DNA of 63,304 nucleotides, counting the filler. It is 12 parts of 12 records of this genome, joined end to end, with 100 filler letters (N's around TTAATTAATTAA, not from the genome) between each part and the next. Parts side by side here need not be neighbours in the genome. Positions count along the whole stretch, not along the records: positions 35,027 to 39,434 come from SRR7504441_10756; positions 39,535 to 43,055 come from SRR7504441_10757; positions 43,156 to 49,250 come from SRR7504441_10758; 9 more parts are not named here. One strand, 5' to 3'. The notes under the pieces were generated by a model that saw only the letters and a program-made list of their open reading frames with translations, was not told the origin of the DNA and did not search any database. This document shows positions 35,027 through 46,957 of this stretch, one piece after another (within the stretch, counting starts at the first letter, position 1; each line of letters starts with the position of its first letter). The position numbers and the translations under genes were made by a program.

Positions 35027-38000
35027 TGGAGACGCCTATGAGCCTCAACGATTACTACGAGCAGATCGGGAGGGCAGGCAGGGACGGGCACGAAGCGCAT
35101 GCACATACTGTCTTCTGCTTGCAAGACTGGAGCACATTTAGTAACGTAATTAACTACAATCGGCAGTGTGACTCTGCAACCAAACTAAAAGCTGAGCAGG
35201 ACTTTGCTGCAATGCTCAGATTTCTGCTCTGCTCCGATGTGTGCAGGCACCGTTACTGTGAAGACGCTGTCAGCGATTTCAAGCCGCAGCAGGAGCGGTG
35301 CGGGTCGTCTTGTGACAACTGCCTCGCCTACTTCGAACAGCCGGTTGGGCACAAAGATGTGGAGAATATCACAGAGCGGGTCCGGAGAGGGTTTGACGAG
35401 CTGCTGTCCAAATGGCAGAAGGCGGAGTCGTTCAATCCCAAGGAGTGTTTCGAGGGAATACCCGGCCCTATGAAGGAGCAGGTGCTGAGGGTGCTCCAGT
35501 ACGTGCTCAGACTGATCGAGAGGAACGGAGACTTGTACAGGCCGAGCGGGCTCACCGCGCAGGCCATCCGGACCTTGGAGCAGCATGCTTTCTACATTGA
35601 GCGCGCTGTCGAATCTGATGACTGTTTTGTGAGCGAAGACTGGTTCGACCCTAGAGTGATAGAGACCAAGGAGCCAGAAGGCCAGAATTGGGTACTGTCA
35701 TGGGCGTACGAGCACAGGGAGAGGGGGGGGTGGGTGCTGTATTTTCCGGATTCTGACGAGTATGAAGGATTGCCTAACCAGGACGAAAAGAAGGCAATCG
35801 GTGGGATGTTCCAGTGGAAGGATGGCAAGCAGCTGCTAGATCAGGACGGCAAGACGGTCGAATGGCGCGAGATCATGTGCCCGTACGAGAAGAGTAGAGC
35901 CGACAAGATCAAGGGTAATGAGCTTCTGCTGCAGCAACTCGATCTGGTCACTGGACCGGACGAGGCTCAAGCGCTCGATGACCTTTCAAACCACAGTCAG
36001 CTCACAGTGCACCAGCCGGATGAAGCAACTGAGAAAGCTCCATCGCAGGAGATGGGTGCAGAGGCGTTTGCTGAACCGATGAAAACGCGTGCAGTGACGA
36101 TTGAGAGCCGAGAGCACATGGATGGACCTCCTCTGGACGATTGTCTGCCTGGGATGGTTCACGGGAACGATCTGGCGTTTGAGGAACGGCACTGCGACCA
36201 TACCGGGTGCGCTACTATATAATTATCATGATAGCGCCGCTGATGAGGGACAGGTGTATTTTGAAGCGAGGCCATGATGGTAATCACATGTACCGGCCAA
36301 AGAGCGTTGGGTCTTGCTTGGTACCAGCTGGTGACGAGCCTGACGGTATCTGTAGGCTGCCGTTTGAGCTGCGGCTGGAGATCCTGGCCTGCATGCTGGC
36401 CGTTGGATACAGCCATTGGAGCCAGCTGAATGCAACCTTGCCAGGCCTATTGGAAGCCATTATCGACAAGGAGTTTCACAGCGGGGCTGCTGCTGGCTAC
36501 TTTAACGCTAAGCACGGGGCGGTGGTCGATGCAGCTGGCTGGGCGCGTCTGCAGGAATGGAAATCGGAGCCAGGCAGGTGTTACACGTTCAACGGTTCCA
36601 TCAGCAGATCTGACCGCGGCTTGCGCCTGGAGATCACGGCGCCGATGGTGTCCAAGCAGAAGCGACAATACCGGCAGTATAGCTGTGGAAGGTTCCTGGT
36701 TCTCACTGTGTTCCGTGAAGGAATGGAGAGCTGTCTGACTAAACTCCAGCGCTTTGGCGAAGAGGGCCTCTCAGTGGCTGGTCGGACCTACGAGTTGCTT
36801 TCAGTAGCTTCAAAGAGTGGCGACCACCGCGACGAGCGGAGTACTGAGACGGCTATGGGCACTCTGCGGATGTTTGCACGGGACGGCCCCGGGCTCAGCT
36901 CGGTCAGGGTGAGCGAGATCCACGAGTGGCACTTCCCCGCGAGCGCCCGAGGCCAACAGCTGAGTATGTCCAAGTTTCTGAAGCGACTTGACCTGAGCAA
37001 ATCGGACGCGGAGCCCTCGTGTGTTGTGAGCGACTACGAAGTGATCCCGGAGCTGATGGCGCAGTCAGATGGTGCGAGCCAGGTGTGCATGGAGGCGGAC
37101 GAGATGCTGGACGGCTGTGCGCCGTGCTCCAAGTACCAGATGCAGCAGATTGTGGCCGGGCTTCATCAAGACTCTGAACTTCGGAAGCAGTTTGAGGACA
37201 GCCGTGGGAATATTAATATCTCTGAATCGTTGCCCTCGTGTGCCCAGTTCAGGATGGGCGGCTTCAAGGGGGTGCTCTACGTCGACCACAGCCTGCCCAA
37301 GTCTTATCCTTGGACGTTCCGAGAGTCTCAAGAGAAGATCAAGAGGCTTTCTTCCAAGCAGATGCCTTGCACCGAAGAGCAGCAAAAGATCGAGGTCAAC
37401 AAGTTTGGTTTCTGCAAACGAGACGCGAACCTCAATGCATCCATGATTCAGGTGCTCACTGCCCCTATATACCACACAGTACACAGTATACTCTATACAG
37501 TAATAGTAGTAGTAGTCTACAGTAGTAGTCTACAGTAGCAGTGCTCATCTATGATTCAGGTGCTGACGTACAATGAGACGAGCGACAAGGGTCGAGCTCT
37601 CAAGCAAGAGATTCTAAACATGATGCAGAAACACATTGAAAAGCTCTGCAGTGCACTGGCCAGCGAGGCAGAGGCACGTGAACTGATCGGCGAGGCTCAC
37701 TTCAGCTCTGTTTCTTGCTCTGGAATGGAAGGCCAGGCCGCCCAGATGCTTTTGAACGGTTTCAAGATCGCAGAGTGCCCTTTCTTGTTCCATACTATCA
37801 AGCAGCTCGTCATCTCTAAACTCAAGCTGCTCAGAGAAAAGTTCCACCTGCCTGTGTATCAAGCTCAGACCGTCACAATCGTCGCCGATGCGAACGGCGA
37901 GCTAGAACAAAATGAATGCTTCCTGCGCACCAATGACGGCACGATTGAAGGCGAGGTGTTGCTCAAGAGAGATCCGTGTTACCACCCCGGGAATCTCCTC

Positions 38001-39084
38001 AAGCTCACAGCGGTCGACAGGCCTGAGCTGAACCAGCGATACCGCGGACGGAATCTGCTAGTTCTTTCGTCAAAAGGGCCTCGCAGGCTGGCGGATTACC
38101 TGTCGGAAGGAGACTATGACGGCGACATGGCGTGGGCGTGCTGGAATAGTCAGATCGTGGACCACTTTGAGCCGTGTGCGCCGCTTGATCACCAGCCGGC
38201 GCCCGAGCGGTCGCATTTTGTCCCGGCCGAAGCGTCGGAGATGCAGCGCTTCATGATGAAGTTCTTTGTTGATGTGATTCGCAACTCTAACATAGGTATC
38301 ATCGAACGACAGCTGCGCAGAGTGGCAGATAAAGAGGGCCCGGATTCGGAATCAGCGACTGCATTGGCTAAAGGGTGCCTGTTGGCCGTGGACGTGCCGG
38401 ACTGCCCCGTGCTAGTGGATGTGCCCGTTTGCAACAACTGGCAGCCGCACTGGCATCTGAGTAAAGACGGGCCCGGCAAGCAACAGTCCACAAGGACGCT
38501 CGGCCTGCTAGCCGACATGCTCGATAACGAGTTGGAGCGGCTCCGGGGGCTCAAGCCACCAGATTCAAAGTTGGACAAGGAGCTTGACACGGGCGACTTT
38601 GGCAAGTTTAAAGGTGAAGCAAAGCTGCTGCTCAAGCGGCTCCAGGAACACTACAAGGCCTCCAGAGAGAGGAAGCTTCCGACCAGCGCGCTGCGGTCAG
38701 AGCAGATGAAGATGGTCGATGAATGGCGGCCGCTTGGCCATCAAACCGACCACCCGCTGCACGACACACGGCTGAGCCTGGCTGCAGCGGCGTACAGAAT
38801 CACAGCTGACGGGCTTCAGAGTATCAGAGATAGCTATTCTTTCACTGACAATTACTCTTTCGAGCGGCCGGTGGCGCTCTGCACCTGCTGGCTGCCGTTT
38901 TTCAGGTGGATGCTGCTTGAATGTGCCTGACGTGGAGTGCTGCAGGTGGCTTTGTCGGCTGAAGGCCGATGCGCGCAGTCAGGCTCAGGGGCAAGGTCAT
39001 TTATTATTATTAATTATCATTTTATTTACTGTTTACACAGGTCCAGCGCCGACTTTGCTCAGCTCTCTTGCTAGGAAGGATTAG
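35027..39084 (+). CDS. RecQ helicase (C-terminal part) fused to a QDE-1-like cellular RNA-dependent RNA polymerase (5' end cut)
   Basis: PMSLNDYYEQIGRAGRDG and CRH...CGSSCDNC (RecQ motif VI/RQC), then RdRP motifs MLDGC, AQFRMGGFKGVL, RESQEK, NLN, GELEQNECFL, RDPCYHPG, LADYLSEGDYDGDMAWACW, WLCRLKA. GT-AG introns 36207-36253, 37452-37559, 38906-38945 and 38996-39040 give one frame of about 1270 aa. Confidence 0.82.
37438..37564. repeat. Insertion flanked by a 19-bp direct repeat that forms intron 37452-37559
   Basis: CATCCATGATTCAGGTGCT (37438-37456) vs CATCTATGATTCAGGTGCT (37546-37564). The AT-rich interior is bounded by CACTGC...GCAGTG. Confidence 0.8.
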
Positions 39085-39360
39085 CCGCCTAGGGAGGCAT
39101 CGACACCGCGCAATTCGGCACCACCCGGCTGTCTCTAATTCTTTAAGTGTGCCTCCAGTCATTACTTCGGTTTGGTGATGAACCGATGATCGTATTTCCG
39201 TATTTCCCTATTAAATTTTAGTTGAACGCGTCAGAGTCCGGTCGACTATTGGGAGAAGTAGCTATATAGTACTCGTATGTAATTATTAGGCCGAGCTTGA
39301 ATTTGGCTCGCAAATTGGCGATCGTTGGCGAATGGATGTAAGTAAGGACTTAGGTATTAA

Positions 39361-39434
39361 AAGTATTGAGTACAGGTAAAGTATTGAGTACAAGTATTGA
39401 GAACGAGTAAAGTATACATGAGAGTATACATGAA
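39361..39434. repeat. Short degenerate AT-rich tandem repeat at contig end
   Basis: AAGTATTGAG x3 and AGTATACATGA x2. Confidence 0.6.
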
Positions 39435-39534
39435 NNNNNNNNNNNNNNNNNNNNNNNNNNNNNNNNNNNNNNNNNNNNTTAATTAATTAANNNNNNNNNN
39501 NNNNNNNNNNNNNNNNNNNNNNNNNNNNNNNNNN

Positions 39535-40261
39535 GCCTAGCTCCTCCTCTGCTGCCTCCTCTTCCGCTGCCTCCTCCTCCTGCTCTTCTGCCGGCTGTTC
39601 TTCTGCCTCTTGTTCGTGTGCCTCCTGTTCTTGCTGGTCGGGCTGCGAGATGATCCCCGCGAGCCCCGAGGCCCGCAGCTCGGCGTCGGGCACCTCGTCC
39701 TCCTGCTCGGCCCGCCCGGCCAGCCCGTCAAAGTACTCGGCAAACTCGTCGAACGACACCTGCAGCCTTGGGTTGAGGCCCCGGGATGCGCCGGCTCGCT
39801 CGCCTTGCCGTCCTTGTCCGCGTCCAGGTGCCCAATCAGCTTGGCCGCCTCGCTCGCCTTCCGCTCGGCCGAGAGCGGGGCGTGCTGCGGCCGGAAGCTG
39901 GTCAGGATCCAATCGACCAGCCCTGCCGGCCGGTCAGCCGGCCCCGGGCTTGGGCACCCTCCATCTCCTGGCTGTCCAGAGTCCCGTCCCCGTCGGCATC
40001 GAGCGCCTTGAACCGCATGTGGGCCCGTCCGCCGATCTTGGCCCACTCCTGCACCATCTCGAGCTTTGCGCCGTGCAGTTGGTCCTGGCTCAGCTCGCCA
40101 CTCTCCACCCGCTGCACAACGCTGGCCGGCGCCTGCTCCACCGCCTGCTGGTGGGTGGCCAGCGAGGCCTGCTTGGCTCCGGAGGCGTGGCTGGTGGCCG
40201 TGTCCGCCCGGTGCCAGTGCCCAGTCCTCGGATCCATCACCCACTTTCCCTTGCTCGGCAT
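39535..40261 (-). CDS. EF-hand protein with Glu-rich tail (3' end cut)
   Basis: EF loops DADGDGTLDSQE and DADKDGK|VSFDEF, followed by an acidic EEQ/EEA run. Confidence 0.7.
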
Positions 40262-40383
40262 TTTTGGTCCTCGCCAGAGACCAGTGGTGCTCCCCTAGCC
40301 TACCGGTTTTTCAACGGAGCTCCACAAATAGGACCCCCTGCGACACACAGCTGGTGGGCACGCAGCGCGGCGGTCCTGGGACG

Positions 40384-41321
40384 ATGCCCAAGCCGCGGGT
40401 GGTGTACAAGGCCGCCAAGGTGGGGGGCTGCCGGTGGGCCCGGCTTAGCTGCTGGCCAGCCGGCCGAGCGGGCCCCGCCGATGTCGAGCAGCATGCAGCT
40501 GCCGGGCTACGGCGGTTACGTCCCGGGCTCACACAGTGAGTGCGGCCCAGGCCCGGCTGCTGAGCCCCGGGGCAGGCATGATCGAGCGGAACTTCTACAA
40601 GGTGCGCCGCTGCCGGGCTGGTCGATGATTGGTCCGCAGACGTCCGATTTATGCTACCAGCAGCAAAAGGAGCTGGTGCGGGACGAGGCGCTCTTCCGGG
40701 CCAAGGGGGCCCGACAAAGCTTCTCGAGCACAGCCGCGGTCAAGTCGGCCGGGTACAAGCATTACGATGTGCCGCGCTACCTGCCGGGGTGCCTGGCTCA
40801 GCGGGCAGCGGTGGCCTCACCGGATGGCAGCTACCAAGGCTTCGTGCCGCAGGCTCGATTCAGCTACGAGACCTCCGAGGGTAAGCTAGCCAAAAGCTGG
40901 GCGATCAAGAGCCCGCTGTGCGGACTTCCCGGGCCCGGCGAGGGTGCCGTGCGCGCTCGGGCGGTGCTGACGGGGTGTGCCAGCCACCCAGCTCAAATAC
41001 AGTCCGAACAAGGAAAAGTTCGCCAAGCCGCGGATGGACAAGTACATAGGCGGATACACCGGGCACCTGCCTGGGTTCGAAGGCCAGATGGAGAAGTCGT
41101 TCGCCCGGATCGCGCGCGGGGTCGAGACTGGCCAATACAAGCCCAAGACAGTCGGGGCGTCCCTGGAGCCCGAGCTGGCCCCTCCGAGCATGCACGCCGT
41201 GTACAAGCCGCCCGGCTGCCGCGAGAAGCTGCCCAATTACAAGCTGCCCGGGTACACTGGGTTCATCCCGCAGAACGCCTTCCAGTGCGAGAAGCGGTCC
41301 AGACTGGCACTCGAGCTGTAG
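40384..41321 (+). CDS. FAM166/CIMIP2-like ciliary microtubule inner protein (PGY repeats)
   Basis: Four repeats after splicing: LPGYGGYVP, LPGYQGFVP, IGGYTGHLP, LPGYTGFIP. Confidence 0.7.
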
Positions 41322-41737
41322 ACTGAGCCGGCCGCAGGTATGCACAGGCTGCAATCGACGCCGAGTTACAAGCCAAGCGCCTAAGAGAGGAGAATGCAAG
41401 GGAGGACTGAACACGGACCCGCTGCTCGTCGACACGGTTGAAAGCCGACGATTAGCAGGTGACCACGTGTGCTTCAATAACTCATATTTTCAATATTACA
41501 ACAATGACAATTATTAGACATTATCACTGTGTATCCACGCAATTTAATTTACTTTTGACAATCGATGTTTGTTGGTCCATACTCACACGAGTACCGTATG
41601 GTGATACCACTTCTTATCAATCGCGCCGCAATCACGCTATCAATCACTAGGTCACGCTAGTCAAAATGTCAACGTGGTGGTGTTGATAGTCAGTAGACTG
41701 TGCACAATTGCTGCGAGTGCGGTGCGAATGACCAAGC

Positions 41738-43055
41738 CTACACCGAGCCGCGCGAGTCTTGCATCTGAGAGCGGGACTGTGCGCATGCCAGGAAGATCCT
41801 TTGCACCTCCGGGCTGCGCGACTGGTGCTCAGCCAGCATTTCGGCCGTCCGGTTGCTGCGCGAGAGTGGGGTGAGCGGCTCGTCTGGCAGCTCGCGCGCC
41901 ACGCCTGACTCGAGCCACTCCTCAAGCTCGGACCGCGCGCTCATCAGCTCTCTCTCCTCCGGCGAGATCGGCTGCTCAACCGGCGCACCCTCCTCCGATT
42001 GGCGCTCCCGCTCCTTCCAGAGCTCGCTCTCGAGGAAATCGACCCGGGCCTGGGCCTGGTCCAGCTTCTGCTGCAGCTCTTGCACCACATCGAGCGCATT
42101 CGAGCCTGCGGGCCCCGGCTCAGCACAGACCGCAGCGACGGCACCTGTCTGGGCCGATCGGCTGAGCAGGTCCCGGAGCCAGCAGGCCTGGGTCTGGAGG
42201 GTCTGCACCTGCCCGTCCATCTTCTGCGCCTCCTGCACACGAGTCAGCAAAGCCCCTGGCTGTTTCACCTGCATCCAGCCCTCGCCCACCTCGCACGCAG
42301 CCTGGTTGAGCTGCGTCAGCTGCTCACGCTCCCCGGTCAGATCGGCCACACGCTGGCCAGCCTTGTGCAGCTCGTCCGTTAGCTGCTTGATCTGGCTGTC
42401 TGCCTCAGCCATCTGGTCTTGCAGCTCGCTCAGCTCATCATCTGCCCGCTCGCTCTCCCGCCGCCAGAACTTGGCGTCGCCCTCCGCCTCCTCGCATATG
42501 AGCGCCGCCTCCTCGGCCTGTGCGGCTGCGGCGACTAGTTGTTGCTTGAGCTCCGTCAGCTGCTCATCTGACTGCTCAGCCTGCTCCCTCCACTCCTCGG
42601 CCTCCTCCACCGCGTCCTCACACAGCTGCCCGGCCTGGGCCGCTTCGGCCCGGGCAGCCTGGAGCAGCCCGTGCGCGGCCTGGGCCTGCTCGCTCGACTG
42701 GTTGGCCTGGGTGCGCCACTGGCCGGCCTCGAGCACCGCCCGCTCGCAGAGCTCCTCCAGCTCCTGGTTCAGCCGGGTCCCGGCCTGCTCGGCGGTGGTC
42801 TGGCGCTCGGCGGCCTGGCGGGCCTTCTGCTCCCACTGCTCGGCCTGCCCGATCGCCTGCTCGAGGTAGCCGGTCACAAGCTCAAAGTCGGCGGCCAGCT
42901 TTTGCTGCTGCTCGGTGCCCCGGCTCACGTCCTGCTGCCAGCGCTGGCTCAGGCTGTTGAGCAGCAGATTCTGCTTGGTGCAATGCTCCTGCAGCTCGTT
43001 CAGGCTGCTCTGCGATACCGTGGCCTTGGCCTCCCACCCGGGCCTCCGCTCCGGG
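41738..43055 (-). CDS. Coiled-coil protein, C-terminal part (5' end cut)
   Basis: E/Q/A-rich heptads with recurring W-R/E-x-x-A. No family recognised. Confidence 0.6.
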
Positions 43056-43213
43056 NNNNNNNNNNNNNNNNNNNNNNNNNNNNNNNNNNNNNNNNNNNNT
43101 TAATTAATTAANNNNNNNNNNNNNNNNNNNNNNNNNNNNNNNNNNNNNNNNNNNNGTTGGCTGAACTCTCGTGGATGCGTCTAGACTGGCCGCTTGCAAT
43201 ATGAGGACTCGAT

Positions 43214-46200
43214 TCAAGTCTCGGACTCGACCGACTTGTAGAGATAAAGGTACCCGCAGTCGACCGGCGGATCCTGCGAGAGCAACACCTTCTCGTCGTT
43301 GAAGAATATCCACCTGCTGCCCTGCTCGTGCTCTTGCTTCATGTGCGCCACATAGTGCCCTACCCGGCACTCAACGCCCGGCGAGAGACCGGCGGCACCG
43401 CAGTTTGTGTTCATGCCCACGTGGCTCACGAACCCGACCAACTCGTACTTTCCAGGTCCGTCCGCCGGCTCCACACTCGCCGGCGCCTCGTCGCAGCCCG
43501 TGTCGTCCGGGTGCGCAAACATCCAGTCGACAGCTCGCTCCTGTGTCCGGCTCGCCTGCAGGAGGGGCGGGGGTGCGCACTTGGTCTCCATTGGTCTGCT
43601 GGAGTGCCTTGACGCACTTTGGTCGCTCGAAACCCATCCCCATCAGCATGCTCACCGCCTCCTCGTCCACCACGGCCGCGCCAGACGCCCCGCCACTGGC
43701 AGCGGCCGGCGGGTCCGCAAAGTCTGGGTCGTCCATGTGTTCCATCAGCCAGGCGCTTGCCGGCTCGGCTCCAGCGTTGCCTGCCCAGAATTGAATAGAC
43801 AAGCTTTCGGCTGACTGACCGGTGTTGATTACAGCCTTCCGGCACGCGTTTGCTGGGAAGCCCATGTCTACCAGTTGACTCACCTGCGCCATACATAGCA
43901 CCCAGTGTGCTGCCAGCATCACCACAGCCTCGTCGCACGCCGGCTTGGGCGCAGCCGCCTGGCTCTCTTCCATCTCCTGCTCTCCTGGCTGCAGTCCGGA
44001 GCTAGACCAGCCAGTCACTCACAGCCCGGGCAGGCAGCACCCGCGGAGCCCGCTCAGGTCGAGAGAGTCTGGCATCGGCACTTTAACGTCCAACTGCGCC
44101 GACGGTTAGAGCTGGAGCCCCAGCCAGCCACACCTTGATCGCCTTATTGGTCGGCACGTCAAACACTTCGCGCTTCACATGCACCAAAAGGAACGGCGGG
44201 AAGCTCGCAAACCTGCCCCGCCAGTCGGCGGCGGCGGGCCTGGCACGCACCGGGTCCTCTTGCTGAGCCCCTGGGCGCCCCAGTCGGCAAGGAGCTCAGG
44301 CTCACTGTTGTGTGCCAGCATCTGCTCGAAAGGCACTTCACGGACCACCACAGGCTCCTCGTTCTTGGTACCGGCCTGCTTGTGGGCGTCGCATCGTGCC
44401 TAGAGCCGCCGGTGACGCACGCCGCAAGGAGGATGCACCTGGTAGGCCTCCCACTCGGGCTGGTTCTGGGCGAGGTGCATCGGGATCTCCAGGCTGAACA
44501 CCTTGCGCAGGTCTTGCTTGTTGGTGTTGTACTTGACCTTGTGCGTGGCCTGGCATTCGAGCCGGTCTAGCCCATCCACTCAGACCGGCTCCGCCGCGGC
44601 TGCACCTTGCACCAAGTACTCGAACGCCCCCTCCAGGTGCCGCCCGGACCCCGCCGCCTTCTCAGCCCGCTCCAACCTTGAGCCAGGCTCACCACACACC
44701 GGCCAGTGGAGCCTGCAGGCACCTGGAGAGCAGGTGGTAGAGGTATTCGATCGCGTCTTGCTGCCTGGAGGAAGAGAACTCATCGTGGCCCTCGCCCACC
44801 AGCATTTTGAAGATCTTCGGCCGGATCCCCACCTGTCCAGCACTCGGGCTGTTCGGAACAATGCTGGGCGCACCTCGTCAGGCTGACAAGGCTCAGGCTG
44901 CGGGCCGGAATGCTGCCCAGAGAGCATTGCTCGAACAAGCTGGCCCACCCGGCTGACAGGGGCGCAATATGCTCGGGCTGCCTTGGTCATCTGGCAGCGG
45001 AGGTCTCTGGGAGGGTCGCTGGCTGCCAGCACGAGCCTGCGATTGTCTCAGCCGCTGCCGCAGGCCTCGCCCGCACTCATCACTCGCGCCGTAGGCCTCT
45101 GCGAACGGCTTGACACAGAGCAGCAGCTGGAGGATCGAGTTCATGTAGCAGGTGTTGCCCATGTTGATCAGCCCAGTCAGCCCTGGACCGTATGCTGGGA
45201 CGAGCTCCTTCCCGTCCTCCAGAATCCTGCACACAGCGTGTCGAATCCAGCCGCATCTCATTCGCGCGTCACCGGCCCCACTCGTACTGCTGGTTGAGCT
45301 CCAGTTCCTGCATGATTCCAGAATAATTCAATACGTAATCGGTTCTATTCACCATCTCCGCCATGGTCTTCTCGGTCTTCTCGAGCGCAGCCTGCATCCG
45401 GCCTCCAACAGACGCAATCGGCTGTACTCACCGCGTCAATCCCCCAGTGCTTCAGGTGCTCCTTCAGCTTGGGGTCGAGCACCTTCCAGCAGGATTAGGG
45501 CCTGTGCTGGGCCAAACGGGCACCATGTCGTCCTCGTCAGCTGCATAAGAGAACACGTCTCCAATCGCACCATCGCCCTCAGCTGTGATGGTACCTGCTC
45601 GCCCACTCAGACTCCTCGACCGCCCCCCCCGCCACCGAGTTTGACCGCCAACGGGAACTCGTGCCCCTGCGCCTTCATCTCGGCGTAGTGGTCCAAAGCT
45701 GTGTTGTTCCCGCCGCTCCCATCCCAGTTGCTGCCCCGGACCATCACGGCACTTAATATTGACTGATCCAGACCGACGGCCACCTCCGACAAACCCATCC
45801 GACAGGTTGAGCCAGAGCGACTCGGTCTGGCCGTCTCCTTTGCCGATGGTCATCCCTGTCGGCTGGCTCGACCAGCTGGCTGGCTGCTGAAGGACCTGTC
45901 GTATCGCACTTCCAGTCTGCAGGGTTACACGACTTGACTACGCCGTTAGTCGGCTGCTGGACCAGCGCGTCGGCGTACTTGCTCGGCCGTAACTCCTGCC
46001 CGGCCGTCAGGCTGCCCAAACCCAGTAGCCGCCTGGGTCCACTCGCCCAGATCTGCCGCCACCCCGACGTCGCTCGCACTGAGCACAGCGTCGATCGACC
46101 GCTGCACCTTACCCGGGAGGAGCGGCGCATCGGCCAGCGGCACCACCAGCCGGTCTGCCAGGTTGGTGAGGTCTGGGATCACTACCAGCGACAGCGTCTC

Positions 46201-46837
46201 GTCGTATTCGACTTTCTGCTCCTTGGCGCTCTTATTGATGGCGTCTGTGATCGATTTCACCTCCTCCGGCTGGTCGTCCGGCTTTGGTTTGCGCCGTCGC
46301 GTGATGTTGATAAAGCACTGCTCGCTGGTCCGCCGGCAGTGATGCTCGAGCATCGGTTCGCCCACCCCGACCAGCGTCTCGAGCCCCACCAACAGCCCAG
46401 GCTCCGAGCTCGGCCGGGCGCAGCTGTACACGCACTCCTCCTTGTACACCTTGTCCGCCCGGCCCGGCACCTGCCCGGCAGTTAGACCGGCCGATTCCAT
46501 CGACCCGCCTTGAGCCGGTCCAGGAACGGCTTGAGCTGCTCGGCGTACTCCCCGGCGTCGTCCGGCGCCCCGGGGGCCTCAGGGGGCGGGCCGGCCGTCC
46601 AGAAGCTGTCGGGCTGGTCGAGGTTGCCCCTGCCCCCGGGTAAGGACGGCTGGATTCGGCTGAGCGCACATGATGTAGTTTGCGGCAGCCTCAGCGTTGT
46701 CGCCGCACTCGGCCAGCGCCTGGGCAGGCCGGTCAGCCCAGGGGGGCGCGGAGGTCGGGCGGTGGGTGGCGCCGGGGGGAGGGGCGCGCCTTGGTGCACT
46801 GCTGCTGCGTGAAGCCCATCCCCAGTAGGAGGTCCAT
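43214..46837 (-). CDS. USP5: Ubiquitin-specific protease USP5/UBP14 (isopeptidase T) with extra N-terminal UBA
   Basis: VPGRADKVYKEEC, ZnF-UBP (LWLNLSDGFVGGGR..DGSGGNNTALDHY..PLAVKLGTIT), Cys box GLINMGNTCYMNSILQ, two internal UBAs (QLVDMGF, LMGMGF), His box GHYVAH...WIFFNDEKV. Confidence 0.93.
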
Positions 46838-46957
46838 TGTGTGGTTCTTCGGGTTCCTCACCGGGTTGTCCCTCCGGAGCAACGGAAAGCAAATTTCCTC
46901 CAAATTCGATGTCTGTCCGTGTGCGGCTGTAGTGTGCAGAGTGTGCTGTAGACAGAG

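Noticed and set aside
36207-38930. RdRP as an endogenous RNA virus
   Set aside because: It has the DxDGD double-psi-barrel loop of cellular RNAi polymerases, not the viral GDD palm, and it carries spliceosomal introns.
39650-41326. 558-aa ORF in the ORF track
   Set aside because: A chance read-through across the antisense EF-hand gene, the promoter and parts of the FAM166-like exons and introns.
41853-42869. Long Ser-rich ORFs opposite coiled-coil genes (also 53216-54205, 31027-31491)
   Set aside because: Antisense shadows of GAG/CAG/CTG-rich coding sequence.
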